Assembly: GCF_964194155.1 (NCBI RefSeq)
Contig: NC_135889.1
Location: 107,136,001 to 107,200,000 of the forward strand
DNA: 64,000 nucleotides
Direction of reading: 5' to 3'
Origin: Cetorhinus maximus
Taxonomy: Eukaryota
Positions 53,150 through 64,000 of this stretch are shown one piece after another. Position 1 is the first letter of the stretch; each line of letters starts with the position of its first letter. Made by a program: the position numbers and the translations under genes. The notes beneath the pieces were generated by a model that did not search any database, had not been told where the DNA came from, and saw only the letters and a list, made by a program, of their open reading frames with translations.

Positions 53150-54015
53150 CAGCCTCTGCAATGGCTATTGGATCATACTTACTTATTTCTATTTGCACTG
53201 TTAGTTCATCTGTTTTGTTTCAAATGCTATGTGCATTCAGACACAGAGCCTCAAGTTTTGTCCTTTTATTATTTTTGTAACCTCTACTCTTTGACTTGTG
53301 GTCTCTGTCCCTTCCTGTCATGGTGTGTTTATCATTTCCCAAATTAATACCTTCCCCTCTCATCTGTCTCTACTCTTTAATTTACCACAGCTTCCCACAT
53401 TCGATCCCTTGCCCCCACAATTTAGTTTAAAACTCTTTCTGCTTCCCTAGTTATGCCTAGATGTCTCGAGAACCCTGGCACCAGGCAGGCAACACAGCCT
53501 TCTGGACTCTCACTCTTTACTGCAGAGATCAGTGTCAATCCCCCTCACTATACTGTCCTCTACTAGCACTACATTCCTGCTTGCTCCCACCGCTTGACCG
53601 GCTTCCTATACAATGGTGCTATGGCCAGCCTGCTCATCCACCTTGCAGACCTTGCTTTCAGCCACACAGGTTGTGAGCACTTCAAACCTGTTGGACAATT
53701 GCAAAGTCTGAGGTTTCTCCACTACTGTCTCCTCAGTCCCATTACCTGTCTCACTCACAGGCACATCCACTGCTGGCCAAAACAGATGACCCTATTCTAA
53801 AAGATGTGGCTGTCTACTGGAACAAAGTGTCCAGATATTCCTCGCCCTCCCTTAGGTTGCACAATGTCTGCAGTTCAGCTTCCAAATCAATAATCCTGAT
53901 CCTGAATTCCTCAAGCTGCTTACACTTCCTGCAAACATGTTTGTCATGGATCGCCTTGGCGTCCAAAAACTCTCACATTCCACAGCTGCAACATAACACC
54001 TGTCCTGCCATTGTT
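53150..54015 (-). mobile_element. CR1 ORF1 remnant (zinc finger/leucine zipper)
   Basis: - strand reads MAGQVLCCSCGM*..HVCRKCKQLEEFRIRIIDLEAELQTL. Confidence 0.55.
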
Positions 54016-54399
54016 ACTTATGTTATTTAGTTAATTTAATCACTTTCTTAATTAACTTAGAATAATTCCTATGTATGCTACAATTTACTGTGCTTATTAA
54101 ATGTTAGTACCACTGACAACTAGAAGTTACGTGTTTCTTGACTACACAGGTATGTGTTTTAGGTGTTTAAAATTAAAATAAATTAAAGTAAAGTTTTAGT
54201 TCGATTTTATTTATAGTTCTACCATAACTCCTGTGGCCTAAGCTGTTTATTATTACACTATCCCTAACACTAAGCACTTACCGGCCAATCTATAAACTTA
54301 CAAAAGTACTATACTATTTGAAACCCTAGGAACAGAATAAACCTTAACCACTCACCAGATATTCACAAGCTAGCTTCTTCTCTAACCAATTAAACTCAC

Positions 54400-54930
54400 A
54401 AGTCAGGAATACTCTCCACTTGCCTTGATCAATGCGGCTTCAATAACACTCAAGAAGTTCAACACCACCCAGGACAAAGAAATTCATTTGATCGGCACCC
54501 CATACATCACTTTCAACATCCACTCCCTCCACCACTGACACACAATGGCAGCAGGGTGTACTACATACAAGATTCTCTGCAACTACACACCATGGCTCCT
54601 TAGACAGTAACTTCCAAACTCTTGATCTCTACCACCTTGAAAAATAAGGGCAGCAGTCGCATGGGAACACGACCACCTGCAAGTTCCCCTCCAAGCCACA
54701 CACCATCCTGACTTGGAACTATATCGCCGTTCCTTCAGTATTGCTTGGTCAAAGTCCTGGAACCCCCTTCCTAACAGCACTGTGGGCCACGCGTAGGTTC
54801 CCGCGCCAGATGGACTACAGCAGTTCAAGAATGCGGCTCACCACCACCTTCTCAAGGGCAATTACGGATGGGCAACAAATGCTGGCCTTGTCAGCAACAT
54901 ATGTATCCCATGAAACATTAAAAAAAAAAC
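54400..54930 (+). mobile_element. CR1 LINE 3' fragment with A-tail
   Basis: Homologous to 25555-26120. Confidence 0.8.
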
Positions 54931-56101
54931 TACTGAGGCTGGTAGAAAACCTCCCACCGTGTATGCCAATGTTGATGTCCATCCAGCAATTTCCGCTAAT
55001 ACGAAGTCAGGATTAAGCTTTACAGTTGAATAGCCTACCCATTATATAGCTTACAGAAGTAGAACCACTTGGCTGAGATGGTGTCAGGCTGCTGAAGGAT
55101 GAATCTATACCACAATATCAGTCAGCCCCTTCGACAAAGGAGGGCAGAAAGAGGGGAACAAAATATGTATTACATCAAACTACAAAATACAGGTCATAAA
55201 AGGGAACTGCTGGTTAGATATGCAATTAACATTTTCAGTAAATGTCCTGAAATCAGAGAGTACCTTCATTGTAAGTAATTAAATAAAGAAAGCTCATGCT
55301 GTATCCCTTTAGAACTAATCACGTTTTTTTTACTACTTTGCCTTCAAATAACTTATAGACCTAATGGAGATTGGGAATTGATAGATTGAATCTTAGTAGA
55401 AAAATTAAATATGATATTTTATCTTTAAGATGAATGTACCAAGCAACACCATTTAAATTGAATGTAACTTTATCACTAAATGGATTACAATAGTTTCAAA
55501 AAGATTTATTTATTAATAACATGTGGCTCAATGTGAATTTTTTAAAATCCTGAAGATGCTAAAAGTGAAGGACTGAGTTCCGTATCACAAATGAAATTCT
55601 GATTGGCAGATCTCAAAAATTAATCTAGATTCAAAAATTTGAAACACTAAGGTTTGAGTTAGAGATGATAAAAGTATGAGGCTAAATGTTGACTTTGAGG
55701 TTCAAAATCAAAGGCCATCATTATGTTAAAGTCTGTTTTCCTGCAGTGTTATTGAAAGCTGTGTCATTTATACTGTTGATGCTGTATTGATATTACAATC
55801 ACAGTTTTGTTATGTTGCTTTTGGTTTACTTTCTCAACGCATTGTATTAAAATGTATGACCAAAAAAAAAGCTTAACCATTAATTTTCTTCCCCCTCACA
55901 TATATGTAAATTCAAAACTGATAAAAAAAAACTTAAGTACATTTCACAAAAATGTTTCAAAAATTAGAAAAGGTTAAAATAAATTTGAAAAAAAAGGCTA
56001 GAAAAAATTGGCATTAATTGTGTTTAGTGGTAAGAGGTACTGGGTAGTAAGGGCCAGGGTGAATCATAGGTTGAGAAAAGGGGAATCAAATTGGCAACTA
56101 C

Positions 56102-56194
56102 CGAGCTGATGTTCTTCTGTGTCTCCTTCACACGCTTCACCTCAGGCAGGTCAGAAACTGCAGTTCCTTGACCAACATTTTCCTTGTATTTGAT
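56102..56194 (-). CDS. NEB: Nebulin 93-bp array exon D
   Basis: Encodes IKYKENVGQGTAVSDLPEVKRVKETQKNISS; AG/GT intact. Confidence 0.9.
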
Positions 56195-56889
56195 CTACAA
56201 AGTGTGCAGATCAGGGAGGAAAGGACAAACTGTCAGCACATCACAAACAAACAACAACAACTGGCGTTTACGTAACACCATCAACATAGTAAAACGTTCT
56301 AAGGCACTTTACAGGAGCCATCAACCAACAAACTTTGACATCATAGCACATAAGGCAACATAAGAACAGAGAAGTGATTTTAAGGGGTGGTTTAAAGGAT
56401 GAGGGAGATGCGAAGAACTGGAGAAGATTAGGGAAGGAATTCCAGAGCTACAGTCACATGTAGACTTTATATAAATGATGTCAAGCCACAGACTTCACCT
56501 CGCTACACATTTGAATCTGCTTTATTGGCCTAGCGGGTAAAGGGATCAGCCAGTCCGGTACCAATTCACACAAATCAGTAAAACAGCCTTGGTTCAAATT
56601 CCAGGTCGGTTTTGAGGAAGTAGCTATGACAAAATGTGATGAGCTATAACGAGTCTCAGCGTTCCTGGGAAGGGAAACTCGGCCGAGTATGCCAATGTTG
56701 ATGCCTATCCAGCAATTTCTTCTTCTGCAAAGCCGGGGTGAAACTTTATAGTGACGTTTCCATAGTTTAATAGCCTAACCATTATCCTAGCTTACAGAAG
56801 AAGGCCGCTTGGGTGGCATGTTGATGGGCTGCTGGAGTATGAATCTATACTACAATATCAGTCAGTACCTTCAGCAAATGAGGGCTGGT

Positions 56890-57470
56890 TGAGTACGGTC
56901 AGTACTCTGCCTATTGCAAACAACCCAAAGGGACATGCTGTTTGATATGGTCCGCCAGTCATTGGGACATATCGCTTACGTACCTGGCATCACACCGGCA
57001 CTGAAATTCATGTACCATATTACTCATTTGTGTGGTAGGCAGAACGCCTTTTTGGTTTTGCATCAGCATCCACTCGCGTTGCCACTGCACAGTAGCAGCA
57101 TGAGTCAGTTGGCTTCATCTGTTGCTCAAATTATCGAGATACTTTACCTTTTCAAGGTATTTGAGGTAGCTGGGGACTTTTCAGGTCTGAAAGTGTGGGC
57201 CACAATGCACAGCGAGCAATAATCTGATCGGGGTAGCCATTATCCCACAGGATAGCTTTGATGCGCCCTACGGCATCAAGCATGCATAGTTTGCAAATGG
57301 CATAGGCCCTATTTATGAGATTGTCGATAAGGCCAATCTTATAGCAGTGGAACTGTAGGAATCCCAATGCATATATTGAAGGTAGGCTTGCGGTAAACTG
57401 TAGTGGAAAACAAATTAGCAGATTTCTCAACTAGCAATTCAAGGAAAGGCTTTGAAAGGCTTCGATAGAG
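56890..57470 (-). mobile_element. Penelope-like retroelement fragment
   Basis: YKIGLIDNLINRAYAIC..IKAILWDNGYPDQII, the post-RT helical domain of Penelope-type elements. Confidence 0.65.
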
Positions 57471-58064
57471 TATCTCTTTCTTCAGCAGGAATCAAGTATG
57501 TATTACAGTGCATCAAATTACACGGTGCAGGCCAAGAGGGGGGGCTGGAGATTTCGCCAATGAAACTATGAATTGCAGATGTCAAAATAAATCCAGGTTT
57601 AAAAACATTCAATACTAAGTTCTGCTTGGGAGATAATAAAAGTACAGGGCTAAAATGTTAATTTTGTGATTCTGGTTCAAATTCCATCAATACCCCAAAG
57701 CCTGTTTATCTGCTATTTTTGGAAGCCGTGTAATCTGTGCTATTGATGCTGTATTCATAATACAGGTTTTCTTATGTTGCCTTGTTTTCTTTCTGAATGC
57801 ACAGCACTAAAAAAAGTCTGACAAAAAATGCTTTTGACAGCAATTTCCTTTGCCCCGATAATATATAAATTTTAAAACTGATTTTAAAAAAAGCTTTTGA
57901 GTAAATTCCACAAAATGTTTCAAGAATTAGGATAAGTTAAAAATAAACTTGAAGAAAAACGCCTTGAAAAATGACATTAACTGTGCTTATTGGCAGGAAA
58001 TGCTGGGTAGTAAGGTGTGGGATGAATCATGGGTTAAAAAAACGGAAAACAAATTAGCAGCTAC

Positions 58065-58157
58065 CGAGCTGATGTTCTTCTGAGTCTCCTTTACACGCTG
58101 CACCTCAGGCAGGTCAGAGATTGCAGTTCCTTGACCAATATTTTCCTTGTATTTGAT
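58065..58157 (-). CDS. NEB: Nebulin 93-bp array exon E
   Basis: Encodes IKYKENIGQGTAISDLPEVQRVKETQKNISS; AG/GT intact. Confidence 0.9.
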
Positions 58158-58227
58158 CTACAAAATGTGCAGACCAGGGATGAAAGTACAAACTGTAAGC
58201 ACATGACAAACAAATAACGACAGCTAT

Positions 58228-58392
58228 TATCCTGGAACACCCTCCCTAACAGCACTGCGGGTGCACCTACACCACATGGACTGCAGTGGTTCAAGAAGGC
58301 AGCTCAGCACCACCTTCTCAAGGGCAATTAAGGATGGGCAATAAATTCTGGCCTAGCCAGCGACCCTCACATCCCTTGAACGAATAAAGAAA
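58228..58392 (+). mobile_element. Short CR1 3' end inserted in one array unit
   Basis: tcctggaac..ccctaacagcactg..cttctcaagggcaatt..tgaacgaataaa. Confidence 0.8.
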
Positions 58393-59544
58393 ATACAGCA
58401 TCTTAACATATTAAAACAGCCTAAGGCATTTCACAGGAGCTAGTATCAAAAAGAACTTGACTGTGAAAAACGTAGGGCAACATTAGGACAGAAGAGGTCG
58501 GTTTTAATGAGTGACTTAAAAGAGACAACAGAAGTAGAGAGGTGGAGGTTTAGGGAGGGAATTCCAGGGCTACAGTAAAATGTAGACGTCTTACAAACAA
58601 TGTCAAGCCACAGACTGCACAAAACCACACATGGGATTCTCCCCCATTAACCAACTGAGAAAGGCATCAGCCAGTTTAGCACTCGCTCAGACAAACCAGT
58701 AAATTCCCAGTCAGTTTTGTGACAGTCGCCATGGGAATGTATGATTAAGCTATAACCGGCCTCAGCATCCCGGTGGCTGGGAGGGGGAGCTCAGCCGGGG
58801 ATGCCAATGTCGATGTCTGGCCAGCAACTTCTGCTTCTGCAAAGTCCGGATGAAGCTTTCTAGTGATGATCCCACGGGTGAACAGCCTACCCATTATCTA
58901 AACTCACAGAAGGCGGCCCACTTGGATGGCTCTTGGTGCATGTATCTATACCACAATATCAGTCAGCCCCTTCAGCAAAGGAGGGCAGAAAGTATAGATT
59001 ATATCAAACTGCACACTGCAGACCAAAAGGGGAACTGTAGGTTTCTCTCATAAAATTCTGATGTGCAGATCTCAAAATTAATCCAGATTCATAAACCTTA
59101 AATTCTGATTTAAGCTCTGATTATGAGGTAACAAAAGTGCAGGCTTTGTTAACTTTGAGATTCTGATTTAAATTCCATCAATATGCTAAAACCTGTTTAT
59201 CTGCTGTTTTTTTGGAAGCTATGTAATAAATGCTATGGATATCGTAAATTGCAATCAAAGTTTGCTTATGTTGCCTTTTGTTTACTATCTCACTCTAGTG
59301 TGTTGCACAGCCTGACAAAAATTGCTTACTCATTCATTATTTTTCACCCTGAAGAAGACATAAATGTTAACATTGATAAGAACCTTATGTATATTCCACA
59401 AAAAAAGCTTAATGAATTAAAAAATAGTGAAATAAATTTGAAAAAGGATGAGAAAAAAGTCATTAATTGTAATTGTTGGTTAAAAAAAAAATGTTGGGTG
59501 GAAGGATAACGGGTTAAAAAAAGGGGAATCAAATTGGCAACTAC

Positions 59545-59637
59545 CGAACTGATGTTCTTCTGAGTCTCCTTCACACGCTTCACCTCAGGCAGGTCAGAGA
59601 TTGCAGTTCCTTGACCAACATTTTCTTTGTATTTGAT
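59545..59637 (-). CDS. NEB: Nebulin 93-bp array exon F
   Basis: Encodes IKYKENVGQGTAISDLPEVKRVKETQKNISS; AG/GT intact. Confidence 0.9.
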
Positions 59638-60892
59638 CTACAAAGCGTGTAGATCAGGGAGGAAAGGACAAACTGTCAGCACATGACTAACAAACAACAA
59701 CAAGAACTACTGGCATTTATATAGCACCTTTATCGTAGCAAAATATCCCAAGATACTTCAGAGGAGCCATTATCAAACAAAATTTGACACCAAAGCACAT
59801 AAGACAACGTGAGGACAGAAGAGATAGATTTTAAGGTGTGTCTTAAAGGAGAAGAGGGAGCTATTGAAGCAGGGAGGGATTTCCAGAGCTACAATGGTAC
59901 ATAGACTTTATGCAAATAATGTCAAGCCACAGACTGCACCAAATGACACATTGGAATCTCCCTCATTGACCTAGTGAGTAAAGGCAACAGACAGCCTGGC
60001 CCTAATTCACACAAACTGTAGTGGCCTTAGTTTAATTCCCAGTCTGTGTTGAGTTGGAAGCCATGGCAACACTTGGAAGAAGCTACTTCCAGCTTCAGAG
60101 ACCCTGGGACGAGGATGGGAATCTCAGCCGGGAAGACCAATGTTGACGCCTATCCAGAAATTTCTGCTCCTGCAAAGTCAGGTGGAGCCTTTATAATGAT
60201 GCTCCAACAGTTGAATAGCCTACCCGTTATATAAGCTTACAGAAGTGGGGCCACTTGGGTGAGATGATGTCAGGCTGCCAAAGCATGAATCTGTAGCACA
60301 ACATCAGTCAGCCCCTTCAGCAAAGGAGGGCAGAAAATGGGGAATAATGTGTATAGTACATCAGACTACACACTGCAGGCCAAAAAGGAAGTTTCAGGTT
60401 TCTCTAATGAAATTCCGATTTGGAGATCTCAGCAATTAATCTGGATTTTAAAATCTTAGACATTAAGTTCTGGTTCAGGGATAATAAAGTACGGGGCTCA
60501 ATGTTAACTTGGAGGTTCTGATTCAAATCCCATCACTATTCTAAAGCCTGTTTATCTGCTGTTTTGTTGGAAGTTGTGTAATCTATGCTGAAAGTGTTAT
60601 CTATTGCCATCATGGTTTTATTATGTTGCTTTTTGACTACTTTCTCACAGCACAGCATTGTGAATTATGACAAAAATAGCTTGTACATTATTTTTCCCTA
60701 TAAAATATAATGTCAAAATTGATTTTTTTAAAAAGTGTGAATTCCACAAAAATTTTTTTCAAGAATTAAAGTAAAATTGAAAAAAGACAAACAAGAAATG
60801 CCATCAATTGGCGTTTGGTGGCATTGGAAATGTTGGGTAGTAAGGTGCTGTGCTGTGGGATAAAAAAAAAAGGGAATCAAATTGGTAACTAC

Positions 60893-60985
60893 CGAGCTGA
60901 TGTTCTTCTGTGTCTCCTTTACACGCTTCACCTCAGGCAGGTCAGAGATTGCAGTTCCTTGACCAACATTTTCCTTGTATTTGAT
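60893..60985 (-). CDS. NEB: Nebulin 93-bp array exon G
   Basis: Encodes IKYKENVGQGTAISDLPEVKRVKETQKNISS; AG/GT intact. Confidence 0.9.
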
Positions 60986-62197
60986 CTACAAAGCACGTAG
61001 ATCAGGGAGGAAAGGACAAACTGTAAGCACGTGACAAACAGCAACACATGAACTTTCTGCAAACAATATCCAGACACACACTGCACCAAGCTACACACTG
61101 GGTTCTCCTCCATTGGCCAAATGGGTAAATAAATGCATCTGCTTGCAGACTGTACAAACCAGCAAGTCACTGACTTTGATTCTAATTCCCTTGTACAGTA
61201 GAATACAATTGGCATGGGGTGGGAGGGCATAATTAAAATGGGATAGGGAATTTACCCACTGTTTTCCCACTCCGATCTGGCCAACAGTAATTTTAAATTG
61301 CTAGTGGCAAGGACTTCCGCCCCAAACCTGTGGGGTCCTCTTTAAGTGTACAAGTCAGGCTCCAACCACATCATCTCAGCTTAATCTAGCCTGAGTGGAT
61401 AGCCGTGATGGCTTCCCCATGAAGCCAAACCTGTGGGGAACAGCAGCAAGGGCCAGAAGAGATAAGCTTTACATATCTTTGCATATGTCAATGCTGTCCA
61501 GGAGCTAAAATCTCCCCAGGTCTTAGCAGATGAGTTTGTCGCTTGCCCTGGGCTCATTCTCAATCATCAATCCTGCTCTGAGTTAAAATTAAGGCCCCTG
61601 CTTCATTCTCAATTGAACTCCTATAGTAGGCAGAACAGCAATTGGAGACCTCAGCAGGAAGCCTCAGGTTCCTTGGGCTAGAAAAGGGAAAAAAAAAATT
61701 CAGCCTATATTCTTGCTCTCTAGAAACCTGTTCTCCATGATAAATAGCCTCTAGGTGTTTAAATCCACATGGGGAGAATGATCATGCTGGAAATGTATTG
61801 GAGGGCTATGTGTGCTGATGTACCCATATTCCAGTATAAATTGGCTCTCCTTCACCAGAAGACAGTGAACAGAATGGAAAAAAAGTATATATACACTATG
61901 TCAAACTCCACACTGCAAGCAAAAAAGGCAACTGTAGGTTAAGTATGTCATCTGTTTGTGTTTCACTTTTTGTTAAGGCAGGTGATTAAGTGGACCAGGG
62001 TTTTGTTTAAGCATTCATTTTGAACTTGACAAAGCCTTTGGTTAATTCCATAAAAAACAAAAATTAGAATATAAGTTCTAGCTAAATCAAAATAAATTAG
62101 ACTAGAGAAATTGTGTGAATTCTGTTTAGTGCAAGGGAGGTTCGGTAGTAAAGGTGAATTATGGCGTAATACAGAGGGAAATCAAATTAGCAGCTAC

Positions 62198-62290
62198 CGA
62201 GCTGATGTTCTTCTGTGTCTCCTTTACACGCTGCACCTCAGGCAGGTCAGAGATTGCAGTTCCTTGTCCAACACTTTCCTTGTATTTGAT
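62198..62290 (-). CDS. NEB: Nebulin 93-bp array exon H
   Basis: Encodes IKYKESVGQGTAISDLPEVQRVKETQKNISS; AG/GT intact. Confidence 0.9.
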
Positions 62291-62976
62291 CTACAAAGTG
62301 TGTAGACCAGGGAGGAAAGGACAAATTGTAAATACATGACCAACAATGACAAATAGACCGAGACAAACTACATATCACAATGGATTAGACACTACAACAA
62401 ACTGCAAACATCAAACTACACAGAATAAATGAAGAACAGAACTCTTGCATTACACAGACCAAACATGCAGCCAATCAACTAAAATTAATTTTGATCTACT
62501 CCTTTTAATTCAATTAGATATTTTGCTTGTAATTATGTGAATTTTACATGTGTGACATTGGGAAAAAAACTTACTTAATCATGAACTTGGTTTTCTTACA
62601 CGGATGGGCAATTAGTTTTAATCTTTGAATGAATATGATATGAAAGCAGCATGCTTAGTCTTTAAGAATGCTTAAAGTTCCAGCTATATCCAGTATTCAC
62701 AACTATTTTATTATAATAGTCCTTATAAGTATATTCAAATGTTGTTAAGTTGGAGACATGGGGCTGGCCAGTTGATGCAAAAAAAAAATGCTTTCAATCA
62801 ATTTTTTTTTGAAGAAACCACTGATGAAGCAAACCTAAAATCTGGAAATTGAGTTTATGATTCAAGTTACAGTAGATTGATATTGAATGTTGAATCCACA
62901 CCTACAAATCTAATTTAAAAATTCCAAAATAGCATTCTGAGCTTGAGTTTCCAAATCACAATTCATTTTTGTATAA

Positions 62977-63175
62977 TTCCAAAGTGATTCCAGATTTGGA
63001 AATCCCAGAAGTGATTCCGGATTTGGAAATCCCAGAAGTGATTCCGGATTTGGAAATCCCAGAAGTGATTCCGGATTTGGAAATCCCAGAAGTGATTCCA
63101 GATTTGGAAATCCCAGAAGTGAATCGGGATTTGGAGATCCCAAAGTTGAATCTTGATTTCAAGAATCCAAAAGTG
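62977..63175 (+). repeat. 27-bp minisatellite, about 7 units
   Basis: (gtgattccggatttggaaatcccagaa)n with degenerate terminal units. Confidence 0.92.
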
Positions 63176-63582
63176 GTGCTCTAAATTTGAATCTGAAGAT
63201 CAGATTCTCCTAATATGCCTTGAAATTCACTCTGGGATTGGCTTTTAAATCTTGACTGTTTAAGTATCTCCCTCTAGTAACATTTACTGCAGGTGTATCT
63301 GTGTCCATAATAAAGCTCTTCTGATGCGTTTGTTGCCTTTTTTCATTTTCCCCACGTAGCTCTCTACCACTTCTGCAGTCTTCTGTCCTAAAAGCAGTCC
63401 TAAAAAAAAATGTCCTCACCAAAATTGTTCACATTTCAAAAATACAAATGAGTTTGAATGATTTGAAAAATGAAAAAGAAATTATAGGGAAATGGTATCA
63501 ATGAAATTTAGTTTATGACACAATGGGTTAGGTGGTCTGGGTGGATCATGAGGTGACATAAGGAAATTAAACCAGCAGCTAC

Positions 63583-63675
63583 CGAGCTGATGTTCTTCTG
63601 AGTCTCCTTTACACGCTTCACCTCAGGCAGGTCAGAGATTGCAGTTCCTTGACCAACATTTTCCTTGTATTTGAT
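63583..63675 (-). CDS. NEB: Nebulin 93-bp array exon I
   Basis: Encodes IKYKENVGQGTAISDLPEVKRVKETQKNISS; AG/GT intact. Confidence 0.9.
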
Positions 63676-64000
63676 CTACAAAGCGTGTAGATCAGGGAGG
63701 AAAGGACAAATAGTGAACACATATTTTGGACAAACTGTAAACCACATTAAATCAGATCCCAGATTGCAATAAACTGTGTACTTCAGCACATGTAACAAAC
63801 TAGATCTGCCACCAATCGGCACACTGTGTGTCATTTTTTAACTAGCTTGTTAACTGGCCTCTGAGCATCCAAAACACTGAGTAATATTTGTTTTAAGTCA
63901 TGTCATTTAAGTTTTATTAACACTTATTATTTCAAACTGATAAAGAGTTATTTATTAAAGGTTGTTGGCGAATTAGAATTTAGTTTAAATCTCTGAAGAA

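Noticed and set aside
62910-63184. Repetitive ORFs (VIPDLEIPE, GFPNPESLL, SGITSGISK)
   Set aside because: By-products of a 27-bp minisatellite open in several frames; no similarity to nebulin and no convincing splice sites.
47741-63675. Regularly spaced conserved repeats read as a CRISPR-like array or snoRNA/miRNA cluster
   Set aside because: The conserved block is exactly 93 bp bounded by AG/GT on the - strand and encodes nebulin modules; spacers are kb-long introns in a eukaryotic gene.

Overview
Vertebrate genomic DNA, most likely a cartilaginous fish (shark) judging by the CR1/L2/Penelope/DeuSINE/MITE repeat landscape. The window holds two tail-to-tail genes, matching the known RIF1-NEB synteny. 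The + strand carries the 3' part of RIF1: 14 coding exons from 551 to 27964, including a 3441-bp exon, the SILK/RVSF PP1 motifs and the 78-nt S/K cassette exon. The - strand carries the 3' end of nebulin: 16 coding exons from 63675 down to the SH3 exon ending at 30819. All exons were placed by hand from GT-AG sites with consistent phases. Most notable: (1) a tandem array of at least nine nearly identical 93-bp nebulin Z-disk exons, duplicated together with their introns and apparently homogenised; (2) an intact, intronless EMRE/SMDT1 retrocopy nested inside that array; (3) a ~23-unit decapeptide repeat inside RIF1; (4) several local templated insertions in RIF1 introns. No database searches were run; homology calls come from recalled protein sequences.
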